A stretch of DNA of 64,000 nucleotides from the NCBI RefSeq assembly GCF_006345805.1, contig NC_042997.1, positions 84,506,001-84,570,000 on the forward strand, given 5' to 3'. The notes below the pieces were generated by a model, which did not search any database, had not been told where the DNA came from, and saw only the letters and a program-made list of their open reading frames with translations. Shown in pieces: positions 1 through 13,640 of the stretch. The stretch's first letter is position 1; each line of letters opens with the position of its first letter. Made by a program: the position numbers and the translations under genes. This DNA comes from Octopus sinensis. Taxonomy: Eukaryota.

Positions 1-269
1 GTTGTGGGTTTGATTTCTGGATGAAACAGCGTATTCTGTCTTTGAGCGTGATACTTCATTTTATGTTGCTCCAATGTTTTCAGCTGAAAATGAGTACCAA
101 CTGAAAGCTGGTGCAATCTTCTTTCTTTCCGGTTGAACGTTCTACAGATTGCGTTGGATGGTAAGATCGAAACGGTGTCAAAGTCCGCTCGCAATTACAT
201 TGGCACTTACAACAATTAGCGAAAACATTGTACATACCTCAAAGGCATGTTCGTGCGCGAGTGACGGGG

Positions 270-292
270 GCAGCAGCAGCAGTAGTAGCAGT

Positions 293-370
<78 letters not shown>
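270..370. repeat. (CAG)n/(TAG)n trinucleotide microsatellite
   Basis: Directly visible; explains the poly-S and poly-L ORFs at 149-433 and 178-399. Confidence 0.95.
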
Positions 371-371
<1 letters not shown>

Positions 372-1034
372 TCATGAATTGTGTTCGTAACAACTGCAAT
401 ATGTCAGATTTGTATGTGGAGTCTCTCGCTTGATCTACTGGTGCAATAACGGATCTTATTGAAGAATAGTTTACTCACGCTGTTTGGTATGTTATTTGAG
501 CATCTCTTCAGTTTACACATGTCTAACGATGAGGCTTTGTATGCATGTACGTATTTTACCGTTAAATGTATCTATGTATGTACTCATCTGTCTTTCTACA
601 AAGTTAGACAGAAAGAGAGAGAGAGAAAGAAAGAGAAGAATAGTAAGATATATAAACATATTAACATATAACCTAATATCATCTAAAGTATATCGATGAA
701 TTGATCTTCTAGTCGTTTTATTAAACACAGAACGGTGGTGCAGTGGGCTTCGAACTCATAACAAGGATCAAGCTAAACCGTATAATTAATTCAGTCAGAA
801 ATACATTATTTGAAATAAATCTGTATGAGAAGAATATACATAAGTAATGTGGTACTTATTGCCTTGACAAGTGATGTAAGGATTTGAAAGCCGAAAATTT
901 CCTCTTGAATCTAATCCACACCAGGAATTCCATTTAGAATTGATAGTTCTCCCATAAGTCTTATCACCTCACCACAAAAATCGCTCATGTGTAAAACTAT
1001 TAATCATTTATTCTGTTCTCCATTTAATTACATC

Positions 1035-1232
1035 TGACAAGGTCTATGCGATCACTTAATCTGCTAGAAATAGTAATGAAATCTTCAAATCGCACCCCTA
1101 CAAAGAGAGAAAGGCATTGGACAGTATAGTTACCGATATATGAAAATCTGAGTAAGTGATGGCTGGTATATATCTCATCATAAGTATGCTTGATCAGGGC
1201 TGACCTGGGTTTCAACAACAGCAGCAGCAACA
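1035..1232 (+). mobile_element. Unclassified ~200-bp retroposon-like repeat (family E) with (AAC)n-like tail
   Basis: Shares ctgctagaaatag...aaatc..caccct...tgatcagggctgacctggg...aacaac with diverged copies near 8860-9050, 9080-9280, 11700-11880, 26410-26570, 30501-30703, 32765-33005, 52740-52880, 57950-58130 and 59800-59910. Confidence 0.6.
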
Positions 1233-2046
1233 GCGAGTAAACAGAAAAGCAATTTAATTATATACGAATTGCAGTATAAATGTATAAATATTCGTGTATG
1301 TGTGTGTGAATTCAACAGTGTATGTGTATGTGTCTGTGTGTGTGTGTTTGTATGTGTGTTTGTGTGTGTGTGTGTGTGTAAGTTTATCTTTGTGTGAACG
1401 AAGAAACTACGTGTCTGAGTGGGAATAAATTTATTAACATATATTTTAAAGCTATCGAAGATTGATTCGTTACTTTGGTTGTTCCCGGTTATTGCAGCAT
1501 TCTACTTTGGGTCTCATGGATATCTACCGAAATATAAAGACATTGTGTGTTACATAAGCTTCCCCCTCTTACACGGTATATAAATTTGTACCTGTGTATA
1601 GAGCATGTGTGTGTGTGTGTGCGTGTGTGTGTATGTGTAACGGCATGCGCACATGAACATCTATCGGTCTATTTCTCTATATGCATATATATATATATAT
1701 ATATATATATGTTACATATGTAATATATCATACCTTGATACTGTGTGGACTAAGATCCCCGATGACAGGCCGCTGGTATTTATAGAGTGTTAAACACTTT
1801 TGTATGCAAATTAGAGACTCCTTCATAGAGTAACTGCTTCATAGAGTAACTGCTAAAATTTGCCGTTTATAAGTATATCATATGTTACATATAAATTATA
1901 TCATACCTTTGATACTGTGTGGACTAAGATCCACGTTGACAAGCCGCTGGTATGCAAATTAGGGACTCCTTCATACTGCTGCATTTGTTGAGTATATAAA
2001 CAGTTTGGCTGCTTGTTTCTCTGGAGAATGTCAGAATGATGTAGTC

Positions 2047-2089
2047 ACCTCTGATGAGAACCCCAAAAGGTTCGAAAATTGATTGAGGT
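2047..2089 (+). ncRNA. Degenerate type-I minimal hammerhead-like motif
   Basis: ACCT-CTGATGA-GAACC(ccaaaa)GGTTC-GAAA-attgat-TG-AGGT: 4-bp stem I and perfect 5-bp stem II, but G at cleavage position 17. Confidence 0.55.
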
Positions 2090-2270
2090 TGTTCATCGTT
2101 TTTCAGTCTGTGGAGAAATGGCTAAAATTTGGTTTGTTAATCTCAGACTGGTCAATTGTTCATTTATTTAGCATGCAAAGATAAATAAGAGTTTTTCAAA
2201 TAAAACACAAGAGAGATTATTGTTTTATTGAAATTACCTCCGCTTCCAGATCAGTCTACATGCAGAGAGA

Positions 2271-2325
2271 CAAGTGGACACTAGTGGGCAGTTGTTTCTG
2301 CCTCAATTGACATCATCGGTACATA
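2271..2325 (-). ncRNA. Degenerate type-I hammerhead-like motif
   Basis: Minus strand: tatgta-CCGATGA-TGTC(aattga)GGCA-GAAA-caact(gcccact)agtg-TC-cacttg. GUC site present; U4->C change and weak stem I. Confidence 0.4.
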
Positions 2326-3979
2326 ACCAAATAAGTAGAACACAGTTTTCGTTATAGTTTCATCTATGCGTATTACCTTGGCCACACATGTGTTCTACTC
2401 TTGAATTTGTCTACGTGTCCCTGCTATTGGAGTTAAAGCGTGAGGCAGAAATTTGTATCCAGAACTGTCCTCTTAACTCCAGACAATCATAACAATATTG
2501 GAAAATCTCTTCTCATTTGAAGATAGTGCAAAGTACCCACAGCGATCAGTTCATCACCCTTAGAAGAGGAGATAATTCTATTCAATAAACCGCAAATTAT
2601 AGTAAACTGCACATATATATATATATATTATATACGTATGTGTGTGTGTGTGCGTGGGTATGTGCGTGTTTGTGTATGATATTAATAGCGTCTGAAGCAG
2701 TATTACTATCAAAAGGTAATCTTGATCTCCAACTTACCATAGAGGTTCTATTAGAACTCACAATACGGCTTTATTTACCTTGAAAGCAACTCTTATAAAA
2801 CTCGTGGCACATATAATCCCTTGAAATTCTATCATTGACAGGCAAGAATTATCTGTTTCGGCAGCCGAACTGCCAGATCACGTTTCCTGAGTAATAAATC
2901 TTCAGGAGCGCAATATCAGCCGAATCTCCCGTCTGTGATATGTAGAATGACAGAGTCTATTCTATAGCCAGTGGGATCATCAAAAAATAATTAACTAATA
3001 GCGACAGAAGCTGTATTTATACCAAATGCTTTCTAAAGTAATCTCTACAGGTCTTCAATAGAAAACTATCAACACTACTGAAAGTTACAACGTTTCTTAT
3101 ACGTGTATGTAAACAAGGCAATCGAAAAGAGAAAAGTAGTAACGGATGTATATCCTATTTCAGGAGTTCCTGCTCATTCTGCAGCAACACATCCAACCCA
3201 TTAACCACCCACGAACACATTGTTTAATAGCTTTAAAATATAACGGTGTAACACAATTAGATATGCCAATTTTACTTATTAAACGAATCCCTGGGCATTC
3301 GTACGTTTGCCAGAGCATGTGGTTTCAGTCTGTTATGGGTTCGTCAGTGAAAGTTGACTTGTAGCGCGATAACACCCGATACATAGGTACATACGTACAT
3401 ACATACACACACGCACGCACACACACATGTATGTATGTATATAGATAAGCAGATGGGTAGATGTGTGCGTGTGACTCTTTTTTACCACCACCCCCATGCC
3501 GCTGCTTCACAGCCGGTATTGGCTTGTTTACGTTCCCGTAACTTAGCGATTCAACTAAAGATACCATATCTAGCAAATATTAGAGTCAGTTTGTTCGACT
3601 CATGCTACAATATGTTGCTCCAGTATGACAGCAGTCCTATGGCTGAAACACGTACAAGAATAAAAGTGTTATAAAGACGTCAGAAGCTAAACACGTCCGT
3701 CTACAGTATATTCTGAAACTCATATATCTACACAAAACAGGCCTAGTAATTTTACTCAACTGGGTTGACTAGGATCATTGCATATCTAGTTACTCAATCA
3801 TCCATATTTAAAATACACAATCCAACGACATCCTCCTTGGAGACGCCATTACGTCTTGCATGCAGATTGGCAATTTGCTTGGAATATTTTCTGCTTTCTT
3901 CTCTCTCATGTTTTTCCATTCCTCTATTTTTTTCAGTCTTTCATGCTGTACTTGCCTGCCTTATTCTTATTTTATCTAA

Positions 3980-4081
<102 letters not shown>

Positions 4082-4314
4082 CTTCTCTCATTTGGCAAGA
4101 TCCATGAGTTTAACACGAGTTGGCAAACGGCGCATTACATTAGAGAAGAGAAGTAGCCAGTGTGAATATGAACAGGCGATATTCTAAAAATTGACAAGTC
4201 TCTTGGTTATTGAAAAGAAACACATAAACAGGACTTGCCAACTCGTAAAACTAGCGTTGCCCAGCAATGAATTAGTTGAGAAAGGAAACACACACACACA
4301 CACACATACGCACA

Positions 4315-4378
<64 letters not shown>

Positions 4379-4903
4379 ACACTCACACACACATACGAAC
4401 ACATGAACAGACACATATGCACAGATACATACACACGCAGACGTATATATATATATACACACACACACACATATATATAGTCAAAAGTAATATAGATATA
4501 CATAGTGTATGCACTTGTGGGTGTGTAGATGTGTGTGTGTGCGTACGTGCGTTTATGTATATATATGTATGTATTTATATATGTATATACATATATTTGT
4601 ATGTGTATATATATATACGCATACATACATACATATAGATAGATACATAGATAGATAAAATGATAGACAGACAAACAGACAGACAGATAGATAGAAAGAG
4701 AGACAGGCAGAAATGGATACTTAAGTAATTCATAGAAAATGTATGCAAATTTATTCACATACAGTGCGTCTCAGAAGTAACACCTAATTTTAAAATACAT
4801 CTATTGTTGCACTAAACAATGAACAAACCTTTAAACAATTATTACTTCGAAAATTTTAAATCAGATATCACATCTGAGACAGAGTTATAAGTGTTATGTG
4901 TAT

Positions 4904-4951
<48 letters not shown>

Positions 4952-4975
4952 ACATATATATATATGTATGTATAC

Positions 4976-5006
<31 letters not shown>

Positions 5007-5270
5007 CATATATATATATACATATATATATATATTTATGAATGATTGCGTTTGTAAATGCATATGTATATGTATGACTCTCTCTCTCTCTCTATTTCTC
5101 TCTCCTTCTCGCTCTCCTTCTCTGTCTCTCTCTCTACACACATATATATATATTTTTTATTGCATGTTGATATTATACAATATACAAGTGTATATGCATG
5201 TATGTACGCACACATACATATAAATATATGTATATATATGTATGTTTGTATGTATGTACACAGTCATAGT

Positions 5271-5310
<40 letters not shown>

Positions 5311-5661
5311 CGGGAGGATAAAGAGAGAGAGAAAGAAATTGTATGAGAGAGAAAGTGAAGAAGATACGTAGATGGGTGGAGACATATAGAGGTAAAACAT
5401 GCATTCATAGATATTAAGATTGATAAGAAGATAAATTGAGTGTGTGGGAGAATAGATAGATCAATAAATCGATCTATGCATGCATAAATAGTACAATAGA
5501 TAGATAAAGAGTGCAAACTAGTGTACGTGTGTGTGAGAGAAAAGATATGTGAGGAGATAGATGAGGTTAGAGAAAGTGAAAGTGAAAGTAAGAACAAGAT
5601 AATACTTGCGTGAGAGTAATTCAGAAGAGGCTAGACCAATGGAGCATTAGATAGATAAATG

Positions 5662-5731
5662 GGTAGGTAGGTAGGTAGGTAGGTAGGTAGGTAGGTAGGT
5701 AGGTAGGTAGGTAGGTAGGTAGGTAGGTAGG

Positions 5732-5795
<64 letters not shown>
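5662..5795. repeat. Compound (GGTA)n(GATA)n microsatellite
   Basis: Directly visible. Confidence 0.95.
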
Positions 5796-5796
<1 letters not shown>

Positions 5797-6104
5797 TAAG
5801 TGGCGGAAAGTTGCAAGTGAGCAATGCCATATATATGATATACTTGACAGAACCGGGAATATGTGATTGTGTGATAATGTGTGTGTGTTTGTGAGTGTGT
5901 GTGCGTGTGCTTACGTATATGCCGTTACGACTACCTTGAGGAACTCAGTTGAATCAAGAAGGAACAATGAAATGTTATTCTTCAATACAGTTTCATTCTT
6001 TATGGTGTTAGAGTTTTGCTCAGTCGGCCCAACAATAAATATAACTAATATATACATATATAAATACACACACAAACACACATATGTACATATGTACATA
6101 TATA

Positions 6105-6137
<33 letters not shown>

Positions 6138-6344
6138 GATATATATATATATATATATATTCGAGCAGAAATGTTTGTGTCCATTAACAAATAAATTCCT
6201 ATTTATGTGATACGGTGACAGCGCTTGAATATTGCTGCACATTATATGTACGCATGTTAGTGCCTATATGTCTATCAATCTACATACCGAATTTTCTATC
6301 AACTGTGTGTGGGTATACTTGTGTTCATCTGTCATCCGAATAAA

Positions 6345-6428
<84 letters not shown>

Positions 6429-7574
6429 CATCCAGATAGATAACCATTTACAAAAACTAATATTACATTGAAAGCAGATGCTTTCCCAAGGTAGACACAT
6501 CCCCATGCTACATATGGGATCGAATTCAAAGGTACTCAGTTGCAAGACAACTATCTTACCTACAAGACCATGCCTACAGACATTTAAGTCATCTTTCCTC
6601 ATAATTGCTCCGAAAGAATAACGAAGCACTTAATAGAACATCAAATACAAAGGATTCAGTTACGGAATTGTGACCATATCTAAATATCACCGTTCAATAT
6701 GTTGGCAATTCAAATATTTTCTAAGATCCACTTTGCCTTTCATAATTTCGGCATCGATAAAATAAGTACTAGTTGAGCTCTGGGGTCGATTTTATTAACT
6801 TACCCTCTTCCCTGAACTTGCTGACCTTGTGCTAAAATTAGAAGCCAATTATAAAAATCTGGTCCATGACTGCTAATTGTTTTATTAACCTTGAATAAAC
6901 GAAAGGCAAAATCTACCTGGTCTACATTTGAACTCAGAACATAAGAGATGCAGACGACTACCTCTTAAGGTTCTGTTTGACTCTCTACCAACGACTGCTA
7001 GTCATCTTAATATATATGCTTCGCATTGTTAATAGTTAACATTAGGGTTTTTTATCTTGGCCTACTTTGGGTCATTATAATTCAGGTCTTTTTTGGCATA
7101 TATTTTTCCTTGTGGCCTGATTCATGTATATTGTTTATATGACAACATTGAGTGATCTATTGCTCCATTCGACTTATATGGCTATAAAATTAATGATGGT
7201 AGTTCTATTAATGGTTCTAAACATCTGGTAAAAACGAAGCTTCAAGCTGTAGATGAAAAGTGTCAACAGGCGATAAGCAGCCAAATGTTGGTGCTAGATG
7301 AAAAACAACACCGTGCGGTCTGTTCCTGCCTAAAGGATTCAGTCAGTCAGCTTAACAAACATATATGCTGCTTAAAATTCTTTATTAGCCACGGAAGCAG
7401 AGATTATTTGTTCAGAGTAGGGATCAGGATATCTTACTTAACTTGGTTACTCTGTAAGAAAACTATAATACTGCGGTATTTGTCTTACGAAGACATTTCG
7501 TGTAGAAGTATAGTGCTAAGAAGCATATCAATATCAGTAGCAGACAAAAGGCCTCCTGCAGCTGCAGTGGAATG

Positions 7575-7617
7575 GCTAGATTCCGGCATTTCTGCACATT
7601 TGCGCGTCATCAGTAGC
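7575..7617 (-). ncRNA. Type-I minimal hammerhead ribozyme candidate with intact core
   Basis: Minus strand: GCTA-CTGATGA-cGCGC(aaat)GTGCa-GAAA-TGCCGGAA-TC/TAGC. Stem I GCUA:UAGC, 4-bp stem II, near-palindromic stem III, AUC cleavage triplet. Confidence 0.7.
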
Positions 7618-7771
7618 AAGTATCCATTATCAACCACATGCTTAGACAAATTTCACTGCTACTGATATAGAGAAAACACTGATTAACAAGCCATTCATGA
7701 CGCATATTGCTGGAGGGCTGAGTAAAAATTTCTTAGTTAGAGACAGAAGCAACATTTGCTCTGAATAACTT

Positions 7772-8073
7772 GCACTCCGTCGATTACAACAACGAGGGTT
7801 CCAGTTGATCCGATAAACGGAACAGCCTGCTCGTGAAATGAACGTGCATGTAACTGAGCACCCAACAGACACATATACACTTAACGTGGTTCTCAGAGAG
7901 CTTCAGCGTGACACAAGATGCGACACGGCTGGCTCTTCGAAATACAGGTACTACTCATTTTTGCCAGCTGAGTGCACTAGAGCAGCGTGAAATAAAGTGT
8001 CTTGCTCAAGGACACAACTTGTCGCCGGGAATTGAACTTACGACCTTACGATTGTGAGCCGAATACCCTAACC
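7772..8073 (-). mobile_element. tRNA-derived SINE family B (CORE-like)
   Basis: Reverse complement of the copies at 28391 and 46561; B box agttcaattccc and CORE-like gtgtccttgagcaagacacttt. Confidence 0.85.
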
Positions 8074-8510
8074 TACGTATATGCCAGTCATTTGGCTTTC
8101 TTACAGTATATCCACCTTAAGTAAGATATAGAGACCGCTGTTCTAGATATACTGCTTAATTTGAGATCATTAATCAAACATATCTCTCTCGTTATCACTC
8201 CTTAAGAGTTATATGTTTAATGACGTGCACACAAAAGACATTTATATATATAAAAGAACATGTGGTATATAATTATTAATACCAGCTAATTTGTGTAAAT
8301 GCTCTGTTACATCTGCATAAAGTATTATAGTTACAGAAGAAATATTCGTAAATTGTAACGTTTATACCTTAGTAGCGGTATTAATAGCTAAAATAAGAAA
8401 CCAGGTCGCAACTTGCTTTATGTAGAACTAGTCATATGAACTAATGAACGGTAATGAATTAAAGCAATTTTTGACAGGCTAAATAAATGGCATACTTACT
8501 CGATGTTGCC

Positions 8511-8548
<38 letters not shown>

Positions 8549-9619
8549 ATGTGTGTGTGTGTGTATATATATATATATACGTGTGTGTGTGTGTGTGTGA
8601 TATTGAGAGGGAGAGAGAGAGATACAAGGACGAAGCATTGTCATTAATTGCTTTGAATGTTATGCAAATTAAATTAAGCTATTATTTTTTCAACAATGCC
8701 TTTGTTTCATTTCGTCAAATGAATTCATATTAAGATAAATTATGCTGATATGTATAGTGCTCGGTCACTGACATACGCTTCGTATTTTCGTATTTCTTTT
8801 GTTTTGTGTGAGCTGCTTGACTATATTATCCAGCCTGTACAATCGAGCCAGTAATGAAGACCCACTACGATGGGATCATTCGGCCATACAGAAATAGCAA
8901 CCAATTTCTTTTAAATACATTCTACCGTTAAAATTATTAAAAAAAACAAAAATCAAAAAAAAGCAAAGAACATATTCAACAAAGTAGATGAACGACTTTG
9001 ATTGTAGGCCTGCTCAATCAGAATAAACCTGAGAACTAAACAACTACAATATGATTGTCGACTTTAACTTAATGAAACAGTAATTATGGTTCCAAAGTTG
9101 GCTCTAATCGAGAATATCTATGATCAGAAGTATTCCAGTATTATCTGTCACAACCATGTTTTCTAAGTAGTTAGCATCCAGAACTACATTACCCTGTACG
9201 ATATATCCCTCCACTTTTAAGACGGTGGGGTTTTATTTGAAGAATAGTTGGCTGCTATTTCTAGATGGTTGAGAGCCTGCAAAAAGACTATCTTTTTTGC
9301 TCGCTTGTGATCTATACTTCTGTCAGTTGCCTGAGGTCTGTGGATCACGGTGTTGATTGAAAGATTGTAAACACGTACATACGACTGAGTTTTCTCTCTA
9401 TCACCTTTCAACCCTCATCGCTGCTATCTAAAAGAACTATTCTCTTCAACATTCATTTTCTTTCCACTGACCTTCAAACCTCTTTCCTTCTCAATCTTCC
9501 CATCCTCTCTGTTAAAATAAACAACAATATTTATTGTATCACTTCTTCAAATCTCTACTTGTGGGAAACTGGCTCTTTTGGGGAAGGTTTTACAGGAGAG
9601 TTTCTTGACGTCATAGTAA

Positions 9620-9990
9620 CATCCAGTTTGGTTTAGTGTAGTTTGACCGTCCTCCTGGTCGCTTCAATGATTTCACGTGATCAGGCCATCCATCATGGTC
9701 TCCCATGCATGTTCTTAATTCATCAACATTTACTATTCCACTGTCCTGAAGCAAGTTGTCCACATAGGTTAGACGTTATCTTCCACTACTGATTCTTCCT
9801 CCAACTGACTGTCATAAAACCAGTTCACACATAGCTTCGGGTTGCTTGATGCAATGGCCAGCAATTCTCAGTCTGCTCTGCTGAAACTTCTCAATTACTT
9901 TGGCTAGATCTTGATAAAGCTGCTCGTTGGTTAAATGAGCTCTCCATGTAACATTCAGAGCCGTTCTTGGCATCCAAACAACTTTTCAAA
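9620..9990 (-). mobile_element. LINE C-terminal fragment (RTE/RTEX-like), degenerate
   Basis: Minus translation PRTALNVTWRAHLTNEQLYQDLAKVIEKFQQSRLRIAGHCIKQPE...LTYVDNLLQDSG matches the post-RT region of RTE-group ORFs; contains stops. Confidence 0.75.
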
Positions 9991-10499
9991 CACATAAATG
10001 GATATATTAATTCACTAGGCCACTCTTTAGGCCACTTCTCACTTTATAGTGTAACCTTACATTATCGTTTACATACTACAAGAATATGGAAAAACAGTTC
10101 CAACTTTACCTTTGAAATTTCCACGCTTGCAGGCATTAATCAACGCCTTTCCATTGTGCTAGGTGAATTCTCTCCCTTTAATATGCTTACAATTTGACAC
10201 CTAATATTTTTCTCTTCTCTTCTCCTGACCTTAACTGCCCCTTTCTTGGTATTCAGATTTGCAAGCGTTCTTCCTGATCATCTCATTTTTATCACATCAC
10301 CTAAACTCTACTCTCTCTCTTTCCCTCGCTTTTCAAATTTGCCAGATTTCTTGTTGATTACCTCATCTCGTTGACCGCTCTCCCCTTACTCACACGTGTT
10401 TCGCTTTGCGATTTCCCCCGCCCCGCTTATTCATCACTACTCTCTTTTCTACTATCTATTATTCTCTCCGACTTTCTCGCTCCTGCCCCCTCTCTGTTA

Positions 10500-10704
10500 C
10501 TCTATCTGTCTGTCTGTCTGTTTGTCTGTCTGTTTCTCTCTCTTTCTCTCTGCCTATCTATATCTTTTTCTCTCTTCATCTATATCCCCGTTTCTGTCTT
10601 TGTTTTTCTCTCTTTTTCTGTCTCTGTCTCTCTTTCTTTCTCTCTATCTCGCTTTATCTCTTTCTTTCTCTGTCTGCCTGTCTGTCTGTCTCTGTCTGTC
10701 TGTC

Positions 10705-10735
<31 letters not shown>

Positions 10736-10770
10736 ATGTATCTCTCTCTCTCTCTCTGTCTTTCTCTCTG

Positions 10771-10829
<59 letters not shown>

Positions 10830-10892
10830 GTCTGTCTGTCTCTCTGTCTCTCTCTGTCTTTCTCTCTCTCTCTCTCACTCTCTCTCTCTCTC
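10500..10892. repeat. (CT)/(CTGT)/(GT) compound microsatellite
   Basis: Directly visible; explains the SLSL and RERE ORFs. Confidence 0.9.
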
Positions 10893-11900
10893 AATACTTC
10901 CAGTCAGTTTAATCAGTGGCATCAGGAAACATTTTATATCTATCTCTGACGACATATCCTGTTCGAAACTTTAGATTTTTCCTCTTACAAGCAAACCAAT
11001 TTATTTCACCACTGAACAGTTTGTACTCGCTAATTGCCGATGCAGTACATCGACAGTTTCCTCTGATCCTACAGTTTAACTCTATGTTATTTACAGTAGT
11101 TGATTATTGTTGCTGTAAATAAAGTTAGTAGATCCACATGGGTTAATAATATTCTGTAGAGCGTTATAGAGTCTCTTTTCAGTGTTTCTTAGTCAATGTA
11201 TTTGTAATTTTATAACTCTAGCTGCGTTGTTGATTTTTGAATAAAACTGTTTTCTGGGGAAAATAAATAAATATGATCTAATAATTGATATGAAGCCAAC
11301 CAGTGACTTACATAATAAGACGCAGTTTCTATTGTCATTTGAGTAAAAGTGAGACAGTCACAAGTCATAAGTAAAGCTTAGAAATGAATGAAACGACAGT
11401 AAAACAAATATTGAATCAGTGAGACCTTTCAAAGCAAGTTCCACCAGTCTACAATATATACAAATTCGTATGTTTGTCTTTTATTCTAATATTGATCTAT
11501 CCTAAAATTGATTTCTTTGATAGGCACAAAGCCTCAGATTTATAGAGGAAAAGGAATGGAAAATTGCAATGTTTGAATTCTTTATCAAAAAGACCAGCGA
11601 CATAAATGAAATGAAATGAAATAACTTAAAATTGAAAATCGAAACCGGATTGCTGCTTAGGACAGCCCTGAGTTTATCTCTATATTGCTGTTGTTGTTGT
11701 TTTTGTTGTTGCTGTTGCTGATTAGCATTGATCGAACTGACATGGTCATCCGCTCTTTATGCATATTAGGAACTACATAGTTATAAAAATCCATTATTTA
11801 GCCGATAAAGTGTCATTTGAAAGAGATTTGGCAAGTATCTTTAGCTGGTAGATATAGTGACTACGTGAAGGCACCATATTAGCTCCTTAACAAATAGAAA

Positions 11901-11902
<2 letters not shown>

Positions 11903-11939
<37 letters not shown>

Positions 11940-11950
11940 ATATGTATGTA

Positions 11951-12008
<58 letters not shown>

Positions 12009-12061
12009 TATATGTATGTATATATGTATATATATATATATATAATATATATATGTATGTA

Positions 12062-12137
<76 letters not shown>

Positions 12138-12165
12138 GTATATATATGTATGTATATATATTACA
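11903..12165. repeat. (TA)n/(TATG)n tract
   Basis: Directly visible. Confidence 0.95.
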
Positions 12166-13420
12166 TATGTAGATATCATTTGAATAAGGCATTCGTTATT
12201 ATTAGTATAACGTTCACTATTTTGGGAACACCGATTGTAAACTAATTACACAAAGATTTAAATGTTTGTTTTTGCTATAGGGTGACCTACTTCTGACTCG
12301 TACATTGACCTTCTTTTACTTCAGGCTAAAGAAAACAGTGCTTATCAGTAGTAAGTTGCAGTTTTTGTTACTGTTGTTCTTTAAACATAGGTTAGTTTAA
12401 TTACACAGACCCATTATCAACCGCGTTCCATTAACAAACTACAAACAACGTAATAAAACAGTACCTTACACATTATAACAATGAGTACACAGACCAAACC
12501 CGCAGACAACATACACAATGGAAAAAAAAAATCGCTCCTAACAATGAAACAACACATGGTTGTGCAAGGAGCACAGTTTGTTATCGGTTTTGTATATCAT
12601 GGAATGCATTTGTCCAATGTGTCCTCTTTACAGTAGGGTTTGATTTGAAGAAGATTTAGCTGCTATTTGGACCCAGTAGCGCTCTTTGGTATTTTTATCT
12701 TCAGCAGTATATTATTATTGCTGCTGCTTAGTCCCATTTCTAAACAGCAGTCCCATGACAAGTAGGCAGGAAGTCCTATGACATGTAGGTAGGTAGTCGG
12801 GCAAGATGGTCTATTTCTACATGCCAGTGAACAAGGTAGACGTGGTTACAACGCGGACGTCGTCCATCTGCATTTATTGTTGGTGGTGTGTAATCCAGCA
12901 CTGTTTTCGATACTAATATTGTCAAATCTATATCTACGTATATGCACCCCTTCTGCATGAATGGTAAAGACAGAGATTCCAATGCGTTTCTGCAACAAAA
13001 ATCCTGTTGTAAATATGTCAGGGTACCTGATGGTTGATTTTCATATGATAATAAGTATTATAGCAGCAAAATGTGTTGCAACCACCCCGCGTCCACCCTC
13101 CACATAATTGTGGCCTTTCAATTTTGTGATTTTGTTCCATATTGTAGTTGGTCTATTGATGCAATTTGTTAACAACTTGTTTTGACTTGTTTTGTATTGT
13201 TTGTACTTTAGCATGTTTAGAAGAGACTGGCACCCAAATATTATCCAAGCATTATCCACAAGTATTATCCATGAGGGATCTCAAGTATTATGTGTATATT
13301 ATTATTGTTGTTTTTCTGATCTGCATACGTCGTCTCTTAAATGGAATTCTGTATACTTTACTTTCTTTGCAATGTCATCTCTGTGTTACAGATGTTGTAA
13401 CTTATAATATTTTTGCATTC

Positions 13421-13640
13421 CAAGGCGGCGAGCTGGCAGAAACATTAGCACGCTGGGCGAAATGATTACCGGTATTTCGTCTGTCTTTACGTTCTGAGTT
13501 CAAATTCCGCCGAGGTCGACTTCGCCTTTCATTCTTTCGGGGTTGATAAATTATGTAATAGTTGCATACTGGGGTCGATCTAACCGACTGGCCCCACCTC
13601 TCCCAAAGTTACGGTCCTTGTGCCTAGAGTAGAAAAGAAT
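13421..13640 (+). mobile_element. tRNA-derived SINE family C
   Basis: A-box-like tggcagaaac, B box gagttcaaattcc, central gtcgactt.gcctttcat.ctttcgggg..gataaa (resembles, from memory, the Meta/MESC SINE domain). Other copies near 6705-7000, 19255-19465, 23870-24057, 31005-31620 (three), 55360-55550 and 63160-63340. Confidence 0.85.
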
